DNA of 64,000 nt, from the NCBI GenBank assembly GCA_963792995.1, contig CAWBYH010000013.1, positions 9,709 to 73,708 of the forward strand, read 5' to 3'. How positions within the stretch are numbered: the stretch's first letter is position 1; each line of letters opens with the position of its first letter. Both the position numbers and the translations under genes were made by a program. Below are positions 50,833 through 61,376 of this stretch, piece by piece. A model generated the notes under the pieces. It was not told where the DNA came from. It saw nothing but the letters and a program-made list of their open reading frames with translations, and made no database searches. The stretch comes from an uncultured Thermoleophilia bacterium. GTDB taxonomy: Bacteria > Actinomycetota > Thermoleophilia > Gaiellales > Gaiellaceae.

Positions 50833-51288
50833 GTTTCTGCACAGAACGTCTTTGCACGACTGCTGCATGCCCACGGCTCGCTGATGCGGTCCGTCGAGGC
50901 GCGTCTACGAGCAGAGCACGGCCTCAGCGCGAACGATTTCGAGACCCTGCTTCATCTCTCCGCCGCCGAGGACGGCTCGCTTCGACGGATCGACCTCTCC
51001 GAGGAGCTCCGCCTGACTCCGTCGGGCGTCACCCGCCTGCTCGACGGGCTCGAGGAGGCAGGCCTTACCGGGCGCCGCGACTGTCCCTCGGACGCGCGCG
51101 TCAGCTACTCCGTGATCACGGATGCCGGTCGCGAGAAGCTCCGGCGTGCGTTTCTCACCCATGCCGCAGTTTGCGAGGAGCTGATCGGATCGCACCTCTC
51201 CCCTTCCGAGCTCGACGAGTTGTCCGATCTGCTCGGCCGCCTGCCCGGCGGCGAGGAGTTCGACCCGAGCGCATGCCCGGGCGGCTGA
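50806..51288 (+). CDS. MarR family regulator (start uncertain)
   Basis: LTPSGVTRLLDGLE..G, D.R, IT..G. Confidence 0.9.
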   Translation: MSRQVLTTQVSAQNVFARLLHAHGSLMRSVEARLRAEHGLSANDFETLLHLSAAEDGSLRRIDLSEELRLTPSGVTRLLDGLEEAGLTGRRDCPSDARVSYSVITDAGREKLRRAFLTHAAVCEELIGSHLSPSELDELSDLLGRLPGGEEFDPSACPGG

Positions 51289-51297
51289 CCCGGCTCC

Positions 51298-52164
51298 CTA
51301 CAGCGTCGTGATCCAGGCCGCGAGGTCGGGAACCTCGTCCGGCCCGAGGTCACGAAGCGGCGCGCGCACATCCGGGCGGACGGGAACGCCCTGCGCGGCG
51401 AGAATGCGCTTCATCGCCGCCTGACGGGGAAACCGCTCCACGGCAGCACGAAGCGCGCCGAGCGCCGCCGCGCCGTCGGCCGTCGGCTCGCGAACGACCG
51501 CTGCGACCTTCTCGGGAAAGGCGGCCGCGAGCGCAGAGACGGCGCCGACCGCCCCACCCTCGATCCCCCGGTGGATCAACGCCTCGGGGCCGACGAACAC
51601 GTCGAGACCGTCGAGCCCGAGGTACGGCTCGAACGCCTCCCAGGGGGCATCGCTGACCTTCATCCCGACGAAGTTCGGTGCCAGCTCCCGTAGCCGGCGC
51701 AGGACGTCGAGAGCGACGGCGTAACCGCTCGTCCGGGCGAACTCGTAGACGTAGAACGGCAGCGGCGCGCAGGCGCCGGCCGCCGCCGCGAAATGCGTGA
51801 GCTGGGCGGGCTCGTCGAGGACGAAGTACGGCGGCCCGATCACGGCCACCGCCCTGGCGCCCGCCTCGGCAGCGTCCGCAGCGAGTGCAACCGTGTCGGC
51901 CGTCGTCTGCGCACCGCAGTGCGCCGCGACGTCGAGCCGGCCGGCGGCGGCATCCACGAAGAGCCGGAGTCCGCGCTTTCGTTCGTCGACGGAGAACAGG
52001 ACGCCCTCACCGTTCGTGCCGAACGCGAGGACACCGTCGAGCCCCGCACCGACGTAGCGGTCGAGCAGCGGGCCGAACGCCTCCTCGTCGAGAAGTGCGC
52101 CTCCGGCACGCAACGGCGTCACCGCAGCGGCAATGGCTCCGTGGAGGACGGCGTCGGTCGGCAC
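51298..52164 (-). CDS. Dihydrodipicolinate synthase family aldolase
   Basis: A.VTP, GTNGEG, PPYF, GMKVS Schiff-base Lys. Confidence 0.87.
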   Translation of the reverse strand: MPTDAVLHGAIAAAVTPLRAGGALLDEEAFGPLLDRYVGAGLDGVLAFGTNGEGVLFSVDERKRGLRLFVDAAAGRLDVAAHCGAQTTADTVALAADAAEAGARAVAVIGPPYFVLDEPAQLTHFAAAAGACAPLPFYVYEFARTSGYAVALDVLRRLRELAPNFVGMKVSDAPWEAFEPYLGLDGLDVFVGPEALIHRGIEGGAVGAVSALAAAFPEKVAAVVREPTADGAAALGALRAAVERFPRQAAMKRILAAQGVPVRPDVRAPLRDLGPDEVPDLAAWITTL

Positions 52165-52188
52165 AACGGAACTCTAGACTGCCGTGTC

Positions 52189-52978
52189 ATGGGAGCGCTC
52201 CGGATCGAGTGGGAAGGCGACGTGCTCCGCGTCACGCTTTCGCGCCCCGAATCGCGGAACGCCTTCGACGCGAGGCTCGTCGAGGAGCTGGCGGAGGCAT
52301 TCGTCGACGTCGGCAAGGCGCGCGCGGTCGTCGTCGCAGGCGAGGGGAAGAGCTTCTGCGCTGGAGCCGACATCGACTGGATGCGAAGCGCCGCCGAGTT
52401 GACGCACGACGAGAACGTGGCGGACGCGAACGCGCTCCGGCGCATGTTCGACGCGATCGATACCTGTCCGGCCCCGGTGATCACGCTGGTCCAGGGCCAC
52501 GCCTTCGGTGGCGGCGCCGGCCTCGTCGCGACCGCGGACATCGCGATCGCACACGAGCGCGCTGCGTTCGCCTTCTCGGAGGTCAAGCTCGGCATCATCC
52601 CGGCCGTGATCTCGCCGTACGCGATCCGGAAGATCGGCGAGAGCGCTGCGCGTCGCTACTTCGTCACCGGCGAGCGGTTCGACGCGACAACCGCGCTCCG
52701 GATCGGTCTCGTCCACGAGGTCGCTGAGCGATCTCGCCGCCTCACTCGACGGCATCCTCGAAGAGCTTCGAACCGCCGGCCCGCGTGCGGCGCGCCATGC
52801 GAAACGCCTCGTGCTCGATCGACCGGACGGCGCCGAGACCGCGCGCAGGATCGCCGAGCGGCGGACGAGCGCCGAAGGTCAGGAGGGACTTAGGGCCTTT
52901 GGTGAGGGACGTACTCCCGGAGCGGCAGGGTTCGCTTCGTGGAGCCCGCCGGCTTCCGAGCCGCCGGCGAGCGCCTAG
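52189..52978 (+). CDS. Enoyl-CoA hydratase (methylglutaconyl-CoA hydratase-like); frameshift near 52730
   Basis: RNAF, FCAGAD, FGGGAGL, SEVKLGIIPAVISPY, EGQEGLRAF. Confidence 0.87.
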
Positions 52979-53081
52979 CCGCGCGGCGGCCGGCGCTGCG
53001 GACCCTGGCTCCATAGCGGCGCTCCCGTAGAGTTCCCACATGTCGCGCCGCCGCCCGAACGCACCGTCGGTCTTCAGCGGT

Positions 53082-53934
53082 ATGACGGCGACTGCTCGCG
53101 CTCCTCTCGGCCGTCTTCATCGGCAGCGCCGACTTCATCGGTGGCCGCGCCTCCAGGACCGCGAACGGTATCCACGTCGCGACGTTCGTCGCGATCGTCG
53201 GGCTCCCACTCACGTTCGTGGTGGCGATCGTCTACGGCGCCGACGAGATCACGCACACCGACCTCGTGTGGTCGGCTGTCGCCGGGGCGACGGTGGCGGC
53301 AGGCCTCGGATCGTTCTACGTGGGCATGGGTCGCGGCCTGATCAGCATCGTCGCCCCGGTCGCAGCCGTGACCGGCGCCGTCATCCCGGTCGCGTACGGC
53401 TTCGCGCGCGGCGAGAGGCCCGGGACAGTGGCGATCGTCGGGCTGGTGATCGCGTTCGTCGCCGTCGCGATCGTCTCATTGGCACCGTCGGAGCAGCATC
53501 CGGAAACGAAGGTCGGCGTCGACCCCGGCGTCATCCTGCTCGCGCTGACGAGCGGCGTGTTCTTCGGAGCGTTCTACATAGCCTTCTCGCGCGTCTCCGA
53601 GGACGCCGGCCTCTGGCCCATCACGGTCCAGCGGACCGCGTCCATCGTCGTGCTCGTCCTCCTATCGGTCATCCTCGTGCGCGAGCCGGTGGGGCGCGTC
53701 GGGCGGCTTCTCCCCGTCGTGCTCGTGATCGCCGTGCTCGAGGTCGCGGCAACCGTCCCTCTCCTCCTCGCCCTGCAACGGGGGCCGATCGCGATCGCCT
53801 CCGTGCTCGCGTCCCTCTACCCGGTGATGACCGTCCTGCTAGCCGCATTCGTGCTCCGCGAGCGACTGTCGCGCGTGCAGCTCGTTGGCGTCGTCTGCGC
53901 GCTCTGCTCGGTTGCGCTCGTCTCGTCGGCGTGA
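53082..53934 (+). CDS. EamA/DMT transporter; frameshift near 53090
   Basis: GSADFIGG, ISIVAPV, GERP, ASLYPV, ERLSR.Q. Confidence 0.87.
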
Positions 53935-53963
53935 GCAGGCGCGACGGCGCATAGAGTCCGGTT

Positions 53964-55568
53964 GTGACGATCCGTACGCTGCTGGTCGCGAATCGAGGAG
54001 AGATCGCCCTCCGCGTCTTCCGCACGTGTCGGCGCCTTGGAATCGGAACGGTGGCAGTCGTGGCGCCCGACGACCGCGGCTCGCTGCACGGCCGGAAGGC
54101 CGATACGACGGTCGAGGTCGCGGCGTACCTCGATGCGTCCGAGCACGTTCGGGCTGCTCTCGCGGCAGGCGCGGATGCGATCCACCCCGGCTACGGCTTC
54201 CTCGCCGAGAACGCCGCGTTCGCCGACGCCGTCATCGCAGCCGGAATCACCTGGGTCGGGCCGTCTCCCGAAGCCCTTCGCCTCGGCGGTGACAAGCTCG
54301 CGGCGAAGCGGATAGCGGCCGAGAACTGTGTGCCCACGGTTCCGACGGGCACAGCGGAGGAGATCGGCTACCCGCTCCTCGTCAAGGCGACGGCGGGAGG
54401 TGGTGGACGAGGGATGCGCGTCGTCCGTGGAGCGGACGAGCTGGAGGAAGCACTGGCAGCGGCCGGTCGCGAGGCCGGAGCCGCGTTCGGTGACGGGACG
54501 GTGTTCTGCGAGCGCTACCTCGAGCGACCACGGCACGTCGAAGCACAGCTGCTCGGTCACCGTCGCGGCGTCGCGGTGCTCGGAGGTCGCGACTGCTCGA
54601 TCCAGCGCCGACATCAGAAGCTGATCGAGGAGTCACCGCCACCCGATCTCGAGCCGGAAGCGTGGGCTCAGATCGCCGCGGGTTCCAGAGCGTTTGCAGA
54701 GGCGATCGGCTACGAGGGCGCCGGGACCGCAGAGTTCCTCGTCACCGACTCCCGGGTCTACTTTCTCGAGCTCAACGGCCGGATTCAGGTCGAGCACCCC
54801 GTCAGCGAAGAGGTGACCGGGCTCGACATCGTTGAGCTCCAGCTCCGTGTCGCGGCGGGCGAGGAGATCGATCTGGATGGCGCGTCCACCGGGCACGCGA
54901 TCGAGGCGCGGTTGTACGCCGAGGATCCCCTGAAGTTCCTCCCGCAGACGGGGCGAATCGAGCGTCTGGTTCTCCCGGCCGGGATACGCGTCGACGCCGG
55001 CGTCGAAGAGGGAGACGAGATCGGGCTCTCGTACGACCCGATGCTGGCGAAGCTTGTCGCGCACGGCTCGGATCGGGCCGACGCGATCGACCGGCTCACG
55101 CGCGCGATCGATGAAACCGTCGTCGAGGGAGTCGTCAGCAACCTGCCGTTTCTGCGCTGGGTCGTCCGCCATCCGGCGTTCCGCTCCGGCGCCCTCTCCA
55201 CCGCGTTCCTGTCCGACTACCCCCCGCTCTCGGCGGCTCCGCTGCGCCCCGCACCTATGGCCTTCGCCTCTCCGTGGCGGCTCAACCAGGACGCGCCTCC
55301 GCACGCCGCGCCACCAGACGTGGACGCGCCGGTCCCGGGTGCAGCAGCATCTGGCCACGGCGAGATCACGGCCCCCATGCCCGGGACGGTGCTCGCGGTC
55401 GCGGTTGCCGTGGGAGACGAGGTCACCGCGCAGCAGCACCTCGTCGTTCTCGAGGCAATGAAGATGGAGATGCCGGTGCTGGCGCCGTTCGCCGCTACCG
55501 TCGTCGCCGTCCACGTCGAGCCCGGTGATCGAGTCGGGGCAGGCTCGCCCCTCGTCGAGCTCGGCTAG
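53964..55568 (+). CDS. Biotin carboxylase + biotin carrier (acyl-CoA carboxylase alpha)
   Basis: ANRGEIA, HPGYGFLAEN, GGGGRGMR, RIQVEHPV, EAMKM. Confidence 0.93.
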   Translation: MTIRTLLVANRGEIALRVFRTCRRLGIGTVAVVAPDDRGSLHGRKADTTVEVAAYLDASEHVRAALAAGADAIHPGYGFLAENAAFADAVIAAGITWVGPSPEALRLGGDKLAAKRIAAENCVPTVPTGTAEEIGYPLLVKATAGGGGRGMRVVRGADELEEALAAAGREAGAAFGDGTVFCERYLERPRHVEAQLLGHRRGVAVLGGRDCSIQRRHQKLIEESPPPDLEPEAWAQIAAGSRAFAEAIGYEGAGTAEFLVTDSRVYFLELNGRIQVEHPVSEEVTGLDIVELQLRVAAGEEIDLDGASTGHAIEARLYAEDPLKFLPQTGRIERLVLPAGIRVDAGVEEGDEIGLSYDPMLAKLVAHGSDRADAIDRLTRAIDETVVEGVVSNLPFLRWVVRHPAFRSGALSTAFLSDYPPLSAAPLRPAPMAFASPWRLNQDAPPHAAPPDVDAPVPGAAASGHGEITAPMPGTVLAVAVAVGDEVTAQQHLVVLEAMKMEMPVLAPFAATVVAVHVEPGDRVGAGSPLVELG

Positions 55569-55939
55569 ATCGCCAGGTCGCCGCCCTGGATCGTCCGCAG
55601 CAGACGCCGGACGGCGACGTTGACGAGCCACATCACGATTACCGCGCCGACGTACGTCCAGAATCCGTCGATGCTGAAATCGGGCACGACCCAGACAGTG
55701 AACGCGAGGATCGCGACGTTGACGAAGAAGTACGCGAGCCCGAACGTGAGGATGATGAGCGGGATCGCGATGAACGTCAGCAGCGGTTTCAGGAAGATGT
55801 TCGCGAGGCCAAACACAGCTCCCGCGAGCAACAGGGGACCCCAGCGGTCGATCGTGAGCCCGGAGAAGACCCAGTCGGCAACGATGAGGGCGAGGACGTT
55901 CGCCCCCCACGTGATGAGTAGACGGACAGCGAGATCCAC
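55565..55939 (-). CDS. 4-TM phage holin family (YvlD-like) membrane protein
   Basis: N..LKP.L....PL.ILTFGL..F.VN. Confidence 0.85.
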   Translation of the reverse strand: MDLAVRLLITWGANVLALIVADWVFSGLTIDRWGPLLLAGAVFGLANIFLKPLLTFIAIPLIILTFGLAYFFVNVAILAFTVWVVPDFSIDGFWTYVGAVIVMWLVNVAVRRLLRTIQGGDLAI

Positions 55940-55957
55940 TGGTGCTCTCCGGGCCTC

Positions 55958-56260
55958 CTAGAACAGCTTCTGCAGCTTCAGCGCGGCGCCCATGTCGCCT
56001 GCGATCTTCAGCTTGCCGGTCATGTATGCCGTCGTCGGATTGGCCTCACCGCGTGAGATCTTCAGCAGCGTCTCCTCGCTCGCGGAGATCGTGCAGTCGG
56101 CGTTGTGCTCGCCTTCGGCGACGGAGACGACACCGTCCGTGACGGTAACCGTCCAGACGCCGATCTCGGCGATGTCAAACGCAAAGCTGTTGTTCATCCC
56201 GACCGTCTTCGCGGGATCGACTTTCGAAGGAAGCGCCTCGAAGAACTCTTGCACGGTCAT
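55958..56260 (-). CDS. SCP2 sterol/lipid-binding domain protein
   Basis: AYMTGKLKIAGDMGAALKL; AAGGAG SD. Confidence 0.9.
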   Translation of the reverse strand: MTVQEFFEALPSKVDPAKTVGMNNSFAFDIAEIGVWTVTVTDGVVSVAEGEHNADCTISASEETLLKISRGEANPTTAYMTGKLKIAGDMGAALKLQKLF

Positions 56261-56291
56261 TGGATCTCCTTGTCGAGCGTCAGGGCAGGGC

Positions 56292-57497
56292 TCACCGGTC
56301 GGTCGGGCAGAGCGTATGCAGCGGAGGAGCCGGTCGCAACTCGTCCCTTGCCCCCGGGGCCGGAAGGAAGAAGCAGAGGGCGACGCCGAGAAGAGGTGCG
56401 AACGCGCAGCAGATGAGCGCAGCCTCGAGGCTGACGGCGTCCGCCACTCCCCCGAGCGCCACGGCGGCCAACCCACCGAGACCCATCGCGAGCCCGATCG
56501 AGAGCCCGGACGCCATCCCGACATGCCGAGGCAGGTACATCTGGCTCAACACCATCGTGAGACCGAACGTGCCGACGACGCAGATGCCGACCACCATCAG
56601 AGCCGCGGCGCCCACCACGCCTCCGACGAGGACGAAGACGAGAATCATCGGAGTCAGGATCGCCTGGGCGATCAGAAGAGTGCGCCTCAGGCCGAACCGA
56701 TCTGCAATCGGGCCGAGGAGCAGCGTGCCGAGCGCGCCGGAGAGCAACATGAGCGACAGCAGCCGGTTGCCGTCCCCGGCGGAGTTGCCGAGCGAGACGA
56801 CCCACAGCGGCACGAACGTCAACAGTCCGAACCAGGCAACGCTACGGAGCCCGATCACGCCACCGAGGATGACCATCGCGCGAACGTCGTCCCGTCCCTC
56901 GAACGCGGCCTCGCCCGTCCGCGGAGGAGGCTGGAGGCGCGAGAGGTACGGCAGCACGGCGAAAACGGCGAAGGCCCCGAGAACCACCGGGATCGCGGCC
57001 AGCAAGCCTCCCGCACCGAGACCGAGCCAGAGGACGAGCGGCGTCACGATGATCGGGCCGAGCGCGTACCCCGTGTTCCCCCCGATGTTGAAGAGCGACA
57101 TGCCGCTCGCCCGCCTGTGGCCGCTCGCGAAGATCGCAAACTTGGCGCCCTCGGGGTGGAACGCGGCGATGCCGAGCCCGGACATGAACACGACGGCGAC
57201 GAGGACCGCATAGTTCGGCGCGATCGCCGAGAGGCCGAGGCCGATCCCGGCGACGCCGACACCCGTCGGCAGGAGCCACAGGGCGCCTCGCCGGTCCGAC
57301 CAGAGCCCGAAAAGTGGCTGGGTGAACGACGATGATGCGAGAGCCGCAAGCATCACCACCGCGGTGAATGTGTAGTTGAGACCGAACTTCGTGGCGAAGA
57401 ACGGGAGCAACGCGGGCACGCTGCCGGAGGCGAAGTCGGTGGCGAGATGCCCCCCGGAGAGCGCCGTCATGCCCCTGCGATCGATCGACACGCTCAT
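56292..57497 (-). CDS. MFS transporter (Fsr family)
   Basis: QPLFG.WSDR, GIAAFHPEG, S.FNIGGN.G. Confidence 0.9.
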   Translation of the reverse strand: MSVSIDRRGMTALSGGHLATDFASGSVPALLPFFATKFGLNYTFTAVVMLAALASSSFTQPLFGLWSDRRGALWLLPTGVGVAGIGLGLSAIAPNYAVLVAVVFMSGLGIAAFHPEGAKFAIFASGHRRASGMSLFNIGGNTGYALGPIIVTPLVLWLGLGAGGLLAAIPVVLGAFAVFAVLPYLSRLQPPPRTGEAAFEGRDDVRAMVILGGVIGLRSVAWFGLLTFVPLWVVSLGNSAGDGNRLLSLMLLSGALGTLLLGPIADRFGLRRTLLIAQAILTPMILVFVLVGGVVGAAALMVVGICVVGTFGLTMVLSQMYLPRHVGMASGLSIGLAMGLGGLAAVALGGVADAVSLEAALICCAFAPLLGVALCFFLPAPGARDELRPAPPLHTLCPTDR

Positions 57498-57544
57498 GCA
57501 CCTAGTGTAGGCACGAGCAGCGCCCGGACAGATAGCGTGCCGCG

Positions 57545-58541
57545 ATGGCCGTCATCGAAGCAGAAGGTCTCGTCAAGATCTACCACTCACGAAAGAGCGA
57601 GGTGCGCGCGCTCGACGGTGTCGACCTCGAGGTGCAGGAGGGCACCGTGCTCGGCCTGCTCGGCCCGAATGGTGCAGGGAAGACGACGACGGTGCGCGTT
57701 CTCGCGACCCTCCTGCGCGCCGATGCGGGGCGGGCCACGGTGGCCGGGCTGGACGTCGTGCGCGACGCACAGGCCGTGCGTCGCCTCATCGGCCTTTCCG
57801 GGCAGTACGCAGCTGTCGACGAGAACCTGACCGGGCGCGAGAACCTCTGGATGTTCGGGACGGCTATACCAGCTGGACTCGGCCGAATCGAAGCTCCGAG
57901 CGGCCGAGCTCCTGCAGCGCTTCGACCTCGAGCAGGCGGCCGATCGGGTCGCAAAGACCTACTCCGGCGGCATGCGCCGGCGTCTCGATCTCGCCGCATC
58001 GCTGATCGGACGCCCGAAGCTCCTCTTCCTCGACGAGCCGACGACCGGACTGGATCCGCGGAGTCGCCTGGGCATGTGGGACGTCATCCGGACGCAGGTC
58101 AGGGAGGGGGCGACGCTCCTCCTGACGACGCAGTACCTCGAAGAGGCGGACGCGCTCGCCGATCAGATTGCGGTCGTGGACGCCGGCAAGATCATCGCGC
58201 GGGGAACCGCCGACGAGCTGAAGACCCAGGTCGGCGGCGAGCGCATCGAGATCGTCGTCCACGACCAGGCCGTCCTTGCCCGTGCCGCCGACCTGCTGGC
58301 CCCGGATGGGACGGCCTCGATCGACGAGCACGCTAGGCGGCTGACGATCGCCGCGGAGGGAGGAGCCCAACAGCTCGTGGAGGTCGTGCTCCGTCTCGGC
58401 GAGGCCGAGATCCGAATCGACGACGTCGGACTGCGTCGACCGACCCTCGACGACGTCTTCCTGGCTCTCACGGGGCACGCCGCCGAGGCCGATCCGAGCA
58501 GCGAGAACGACGTCGCCGCCGTGGGAGGGCCGACTCGGTGA
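57545..58541 (+). CDS. DrrA-type ABC exporter ATPase; frameshift near 57860
   Basis: [30 protein letters not shown]. Confidence 0.92.
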
Positions 58542-59335
58542 CCAGTCTGCGGATCGCCGTCGCCGACGGCCTCGTGATCAGCTGGCGGAACCTGAAGCGG
58601 GTTCCACGAATCCCCGAGCTCGCGATCTTCGCGATCCTCCAGTCGATCATGTTCGTGCTGCTGTTCGCGTTCGTATTCGGCGGCGCGATTCCGCTTCCGG
58701 GCGGCGGTTCCTATCGCGAGTTCATGATGCCCGGCATCTTCGTCCAGACCCTTGCCTTCGCGTCGATCACGACGGCCGTCTCCGTCGCAGACGACATGAC
58801 GAAAGGCCTGATCGACCGGTTTCGCTCGCTGCCCATGGCCCGCTCGGCGGTGCTGAGCGGCCGCACCTTCGCCGACATCATCTACAACGCGGGACTCCTC
58901 GTCGTCCTGATGGTGACGGGGCTCGTGATCGGATGGCGTGTGAACGGCAGCGCCGCGGACTTCATCTACGGCGTGCTCCTGCTGCTCTTCTTCACGTACG
59001 CCATGGCCTGGATCGGGGTCTTTCTGGGGCTCGCGGTTCCCACGGTCGAGGTCGCTCAGCAACTCGGCTTTCTCGTCATCTTCCCGGTCACGTTCCTCTC
59101 GAACGCCTTCGTCCCGACGCCGACCCTGCCCGCGGCGTTGCAGCCGATCGCGGAATGGAACCCCGTCAGCGCCCTGACGGGTGCGACGCGGGAGCTCTTC
59201 GGCAACCCGAACCCGTTCGTCTCGAACTCGTTCCCCGGTGAGCATCCCATCTTCATGTCGATCGCGTGGACGCTCCTGCTGCTGGCCATCTTCGTCCCTC
59301 TCGCGATCCGCAAGTACCGCGCGATCGATCGCTAG
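58538..59335 (+). CDS. DrrB-type ABC-2 permease
   Basis: D..KGLIDRFRSLPM, SNAFVP, WNPVS. Confidence 0.92.
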   Translation: MTSLRIAVADGLVISWRNLKRVPRIPELAIFAILQSIMFVLLFAFVFGGAIPLPGGGSYREFMMPGIFVQTLAFASITTAVSVADDMTKGLIDRFRSLPMARSAVLSGRTFADIIYNAGLLVVLMVTGLVIGWRVNGSAADFIYGVLLLLFFTYAMAWIGVFLGLAVPTVEVAQQLGFLVIFPVTFLSNAFVPTPTLPAALQPIAEWNPVSALTGATRELFGNPNPFVSNSFPGEHPIFMSIAWTLLLLAIFVPLAIRKYRAIDR

Positions 59336-59374
59336 CGGCCCGGGTGTTCGCCGGCGGGGTACGATCGCTCCGGC

Positions 59375-59461
59375 GTGACCTTTGACCTTCCCTCCGTCCA
59401 CGGACGACGGGAGTTCCGACTGACCGTCGCGGGACCTCCGGGACCTCCGGGAGCGCCGTGA
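59375..59461 (+). CDS. Putative 28-aa uORF VTFDLPSVHGRREFRLTVAGPPGPPGAP*
   Basis: TACGAT 9 nt before GTG; its stop overlaps the next start (GTGA). Confidence 0.4.
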   Translation: MTFDLPSVHGRREFRLTVAGPPGPPGAP

Positions 59462-59984
59462 GGCGCTTCCTCGCCGTGGTCGCAGCCGCTGCCCTCCTCC
59501 TATCGGCCACGGCCGGAGCCCACGTCACGATCTCACCTCCGTTCGTCGAGGCCGGCGTCGAGACGGTCATCTCGCTGTCGGTGCCGAACGAGCGTCCGCC
59601 CCACGCCACGGTCGCCGTGGCGGTTGACGTCCCGCCGGCATTGCCATCGTCGATGCCGGCGCTCCCGCCGGCTGGACCGCGCAGGTCGACGGATCGACGG
59701 TGACCTGGTCGGGAGGACGGATCGAGTCGCGTGACGAGCTCGTCCTCCCTCTGCGTGTCCTGGCGCGAACCCGTGCCGGCACGACATCGCTCGTCGCCCG
59801 TCAGACCTACGACGACGGGGCGTCCGTCCGCTGGGCCGCCGACCTCAACGTGCTTCCGGCAACGGGGTCGGCCGCCCCCGGTGAGAGACCCTGGGCGGCG
59901 ATCGCCGCCGCGATCGTCGGGGTCGTCGTCATCGCGGGAAGCCTGCTCGCGATCCGCGTGCTCCGCCGGGACCACTTCAAGTGA
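59458..59984 (+). CDS. YcnI/DUF1775-like copper-binding membrane protein; frameshift near 59640
   Basis: Signal peptide ending AGA-HVT, VPNER, TW.GG, QTYDDG..V.W, C-terminal TM. Confidence 0.8.
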
Positions 59985-60015
59985 GATAGCGAGACAGGGT
60001 GCTACGGTCGCAAGC

Positions 60016-61357
60016 GTGATCTTCCACCAGTTCCTGAACGACGACCTGGGCTGCGCGTGCTACCTGATCGGGGATGAGGACTCCGGGGTAGCCGTCGTCG
60101 TCGATCCTCCCTTCGCGATCGAGCCCGTCGTTGCCGAGGCCGAACAGCGCGGACTGCGCATCGTCCGCACGATCGAAACGCACACGCACGCGGACCACGT
60201 GTCGGGGCATGGGCGCCTGGCGATCGAATACGGCATCCCTGCCAGCATCCACGGCGATGCGGGGGTCGACTACCCGCACGACCCGATGCAGGACGGTGAC
60301 GAGATCGACGTCGGGGCGGTGACGATCGGCGTGATCCACTCGCCGGGACATCGACCCGAGCACTGCTGCCTGACCGTCGTGGACACCTCCCGCGGGAGAC
60401 GACCCGTGGCTCGTCCTCACCGGCGACTCGCTCTTCGTCGGCGACGTCGCACGACCCGATCTGGCGGTCGCTGCCGACGAGGGCGCCGAGGGCCTCTTCC
60501 ACTCGCTCCATCGCCTTCTCGAGCTGGACGACGGTGTCGAGGTGTTTCCCGGCCATATCGCCGGCTCTCTGTGCGGAAGGTCGATGAGCTCCAAGCCGTC
60601 CACCACCATCGGATTCGAGCGGCGGTTCAACCGTGCGCTGCAGATCGTCGACAAGGATGCGTTCGTCGCCGACACGGCCGCGGTGAGCGCACCGAAGCCG
60701 CCCAACCTGGCTCGGATCGTCGAGGTGAATCGAGGCCCGTTCCTCGGCGCCCGGGCGCCGGTCGACGAGCTCGCGGCCCCACCCGAGGGCGTCCAGCTTC
60801 TCGACGTTCGCGATGTCGACGCACATCTCGCGGGACATCGGCCCGGGGCCATCTCCGTTCCGGTGAGCGGCAACGGATTCTCCACCAAGGCGGGCTTCGT
60901 TCTCGACGCGGCACAACCGGTTTGCGTCATTGCAGCGAGCGCGGACGAGGCGCGGCGCGCGATCCGCGGCCTCCAGTCGGTCGCGTTCTTCGATGTTGCC
61001 GGTTACGTCCTGGGCGGCGGCGACGAGCTCACGGTCGCCGTCACGATGGAGGAGCTCGACGATCTCATGGCACAGGGCGCGACCGTGATCGACGTTCGCG
61101 AGGATGAGGATCGTGGCACCGTGTCCATCCCCGGCAGCCGGCACATCCCGTACCGACTCGTGGCGAATAATTGCTCCGACCTGCCCTCGGACCGGCCCGT
61201 CGTCACCATCTGTGACACCGGCCCGCGCGCCGTGATCGCCGCCAGCATCCTGCGCGCTCGTGGGTACGACGCACGCCCGATCGTAGACGGCGGAATGTCG
61301 ACGTGGCCCTCCGGCGGCGGCGAGACCGTCGGGCTCGGCCACTCCGGCGCGAGCTAG
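60016..61357 (+). CDS. MBL-fold hydrolase/persulfide dioxygenase with rhodanese domains; frameshift near 60395
   Basis: ETHTHADH, PGH.PEH, TGD.LFVGDVARPD, PGH..GSLCG, C.TGPR. Confidence 0.88.
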
Positions 61358-61376
61358 CGGAGGGGACGGCCGGCGG

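Noticed and set aside
55565-55939. Holin as evidence of a prophage
   Set aside because: This 4-TM family is commonly chromosomal, and no other phage genes are present.
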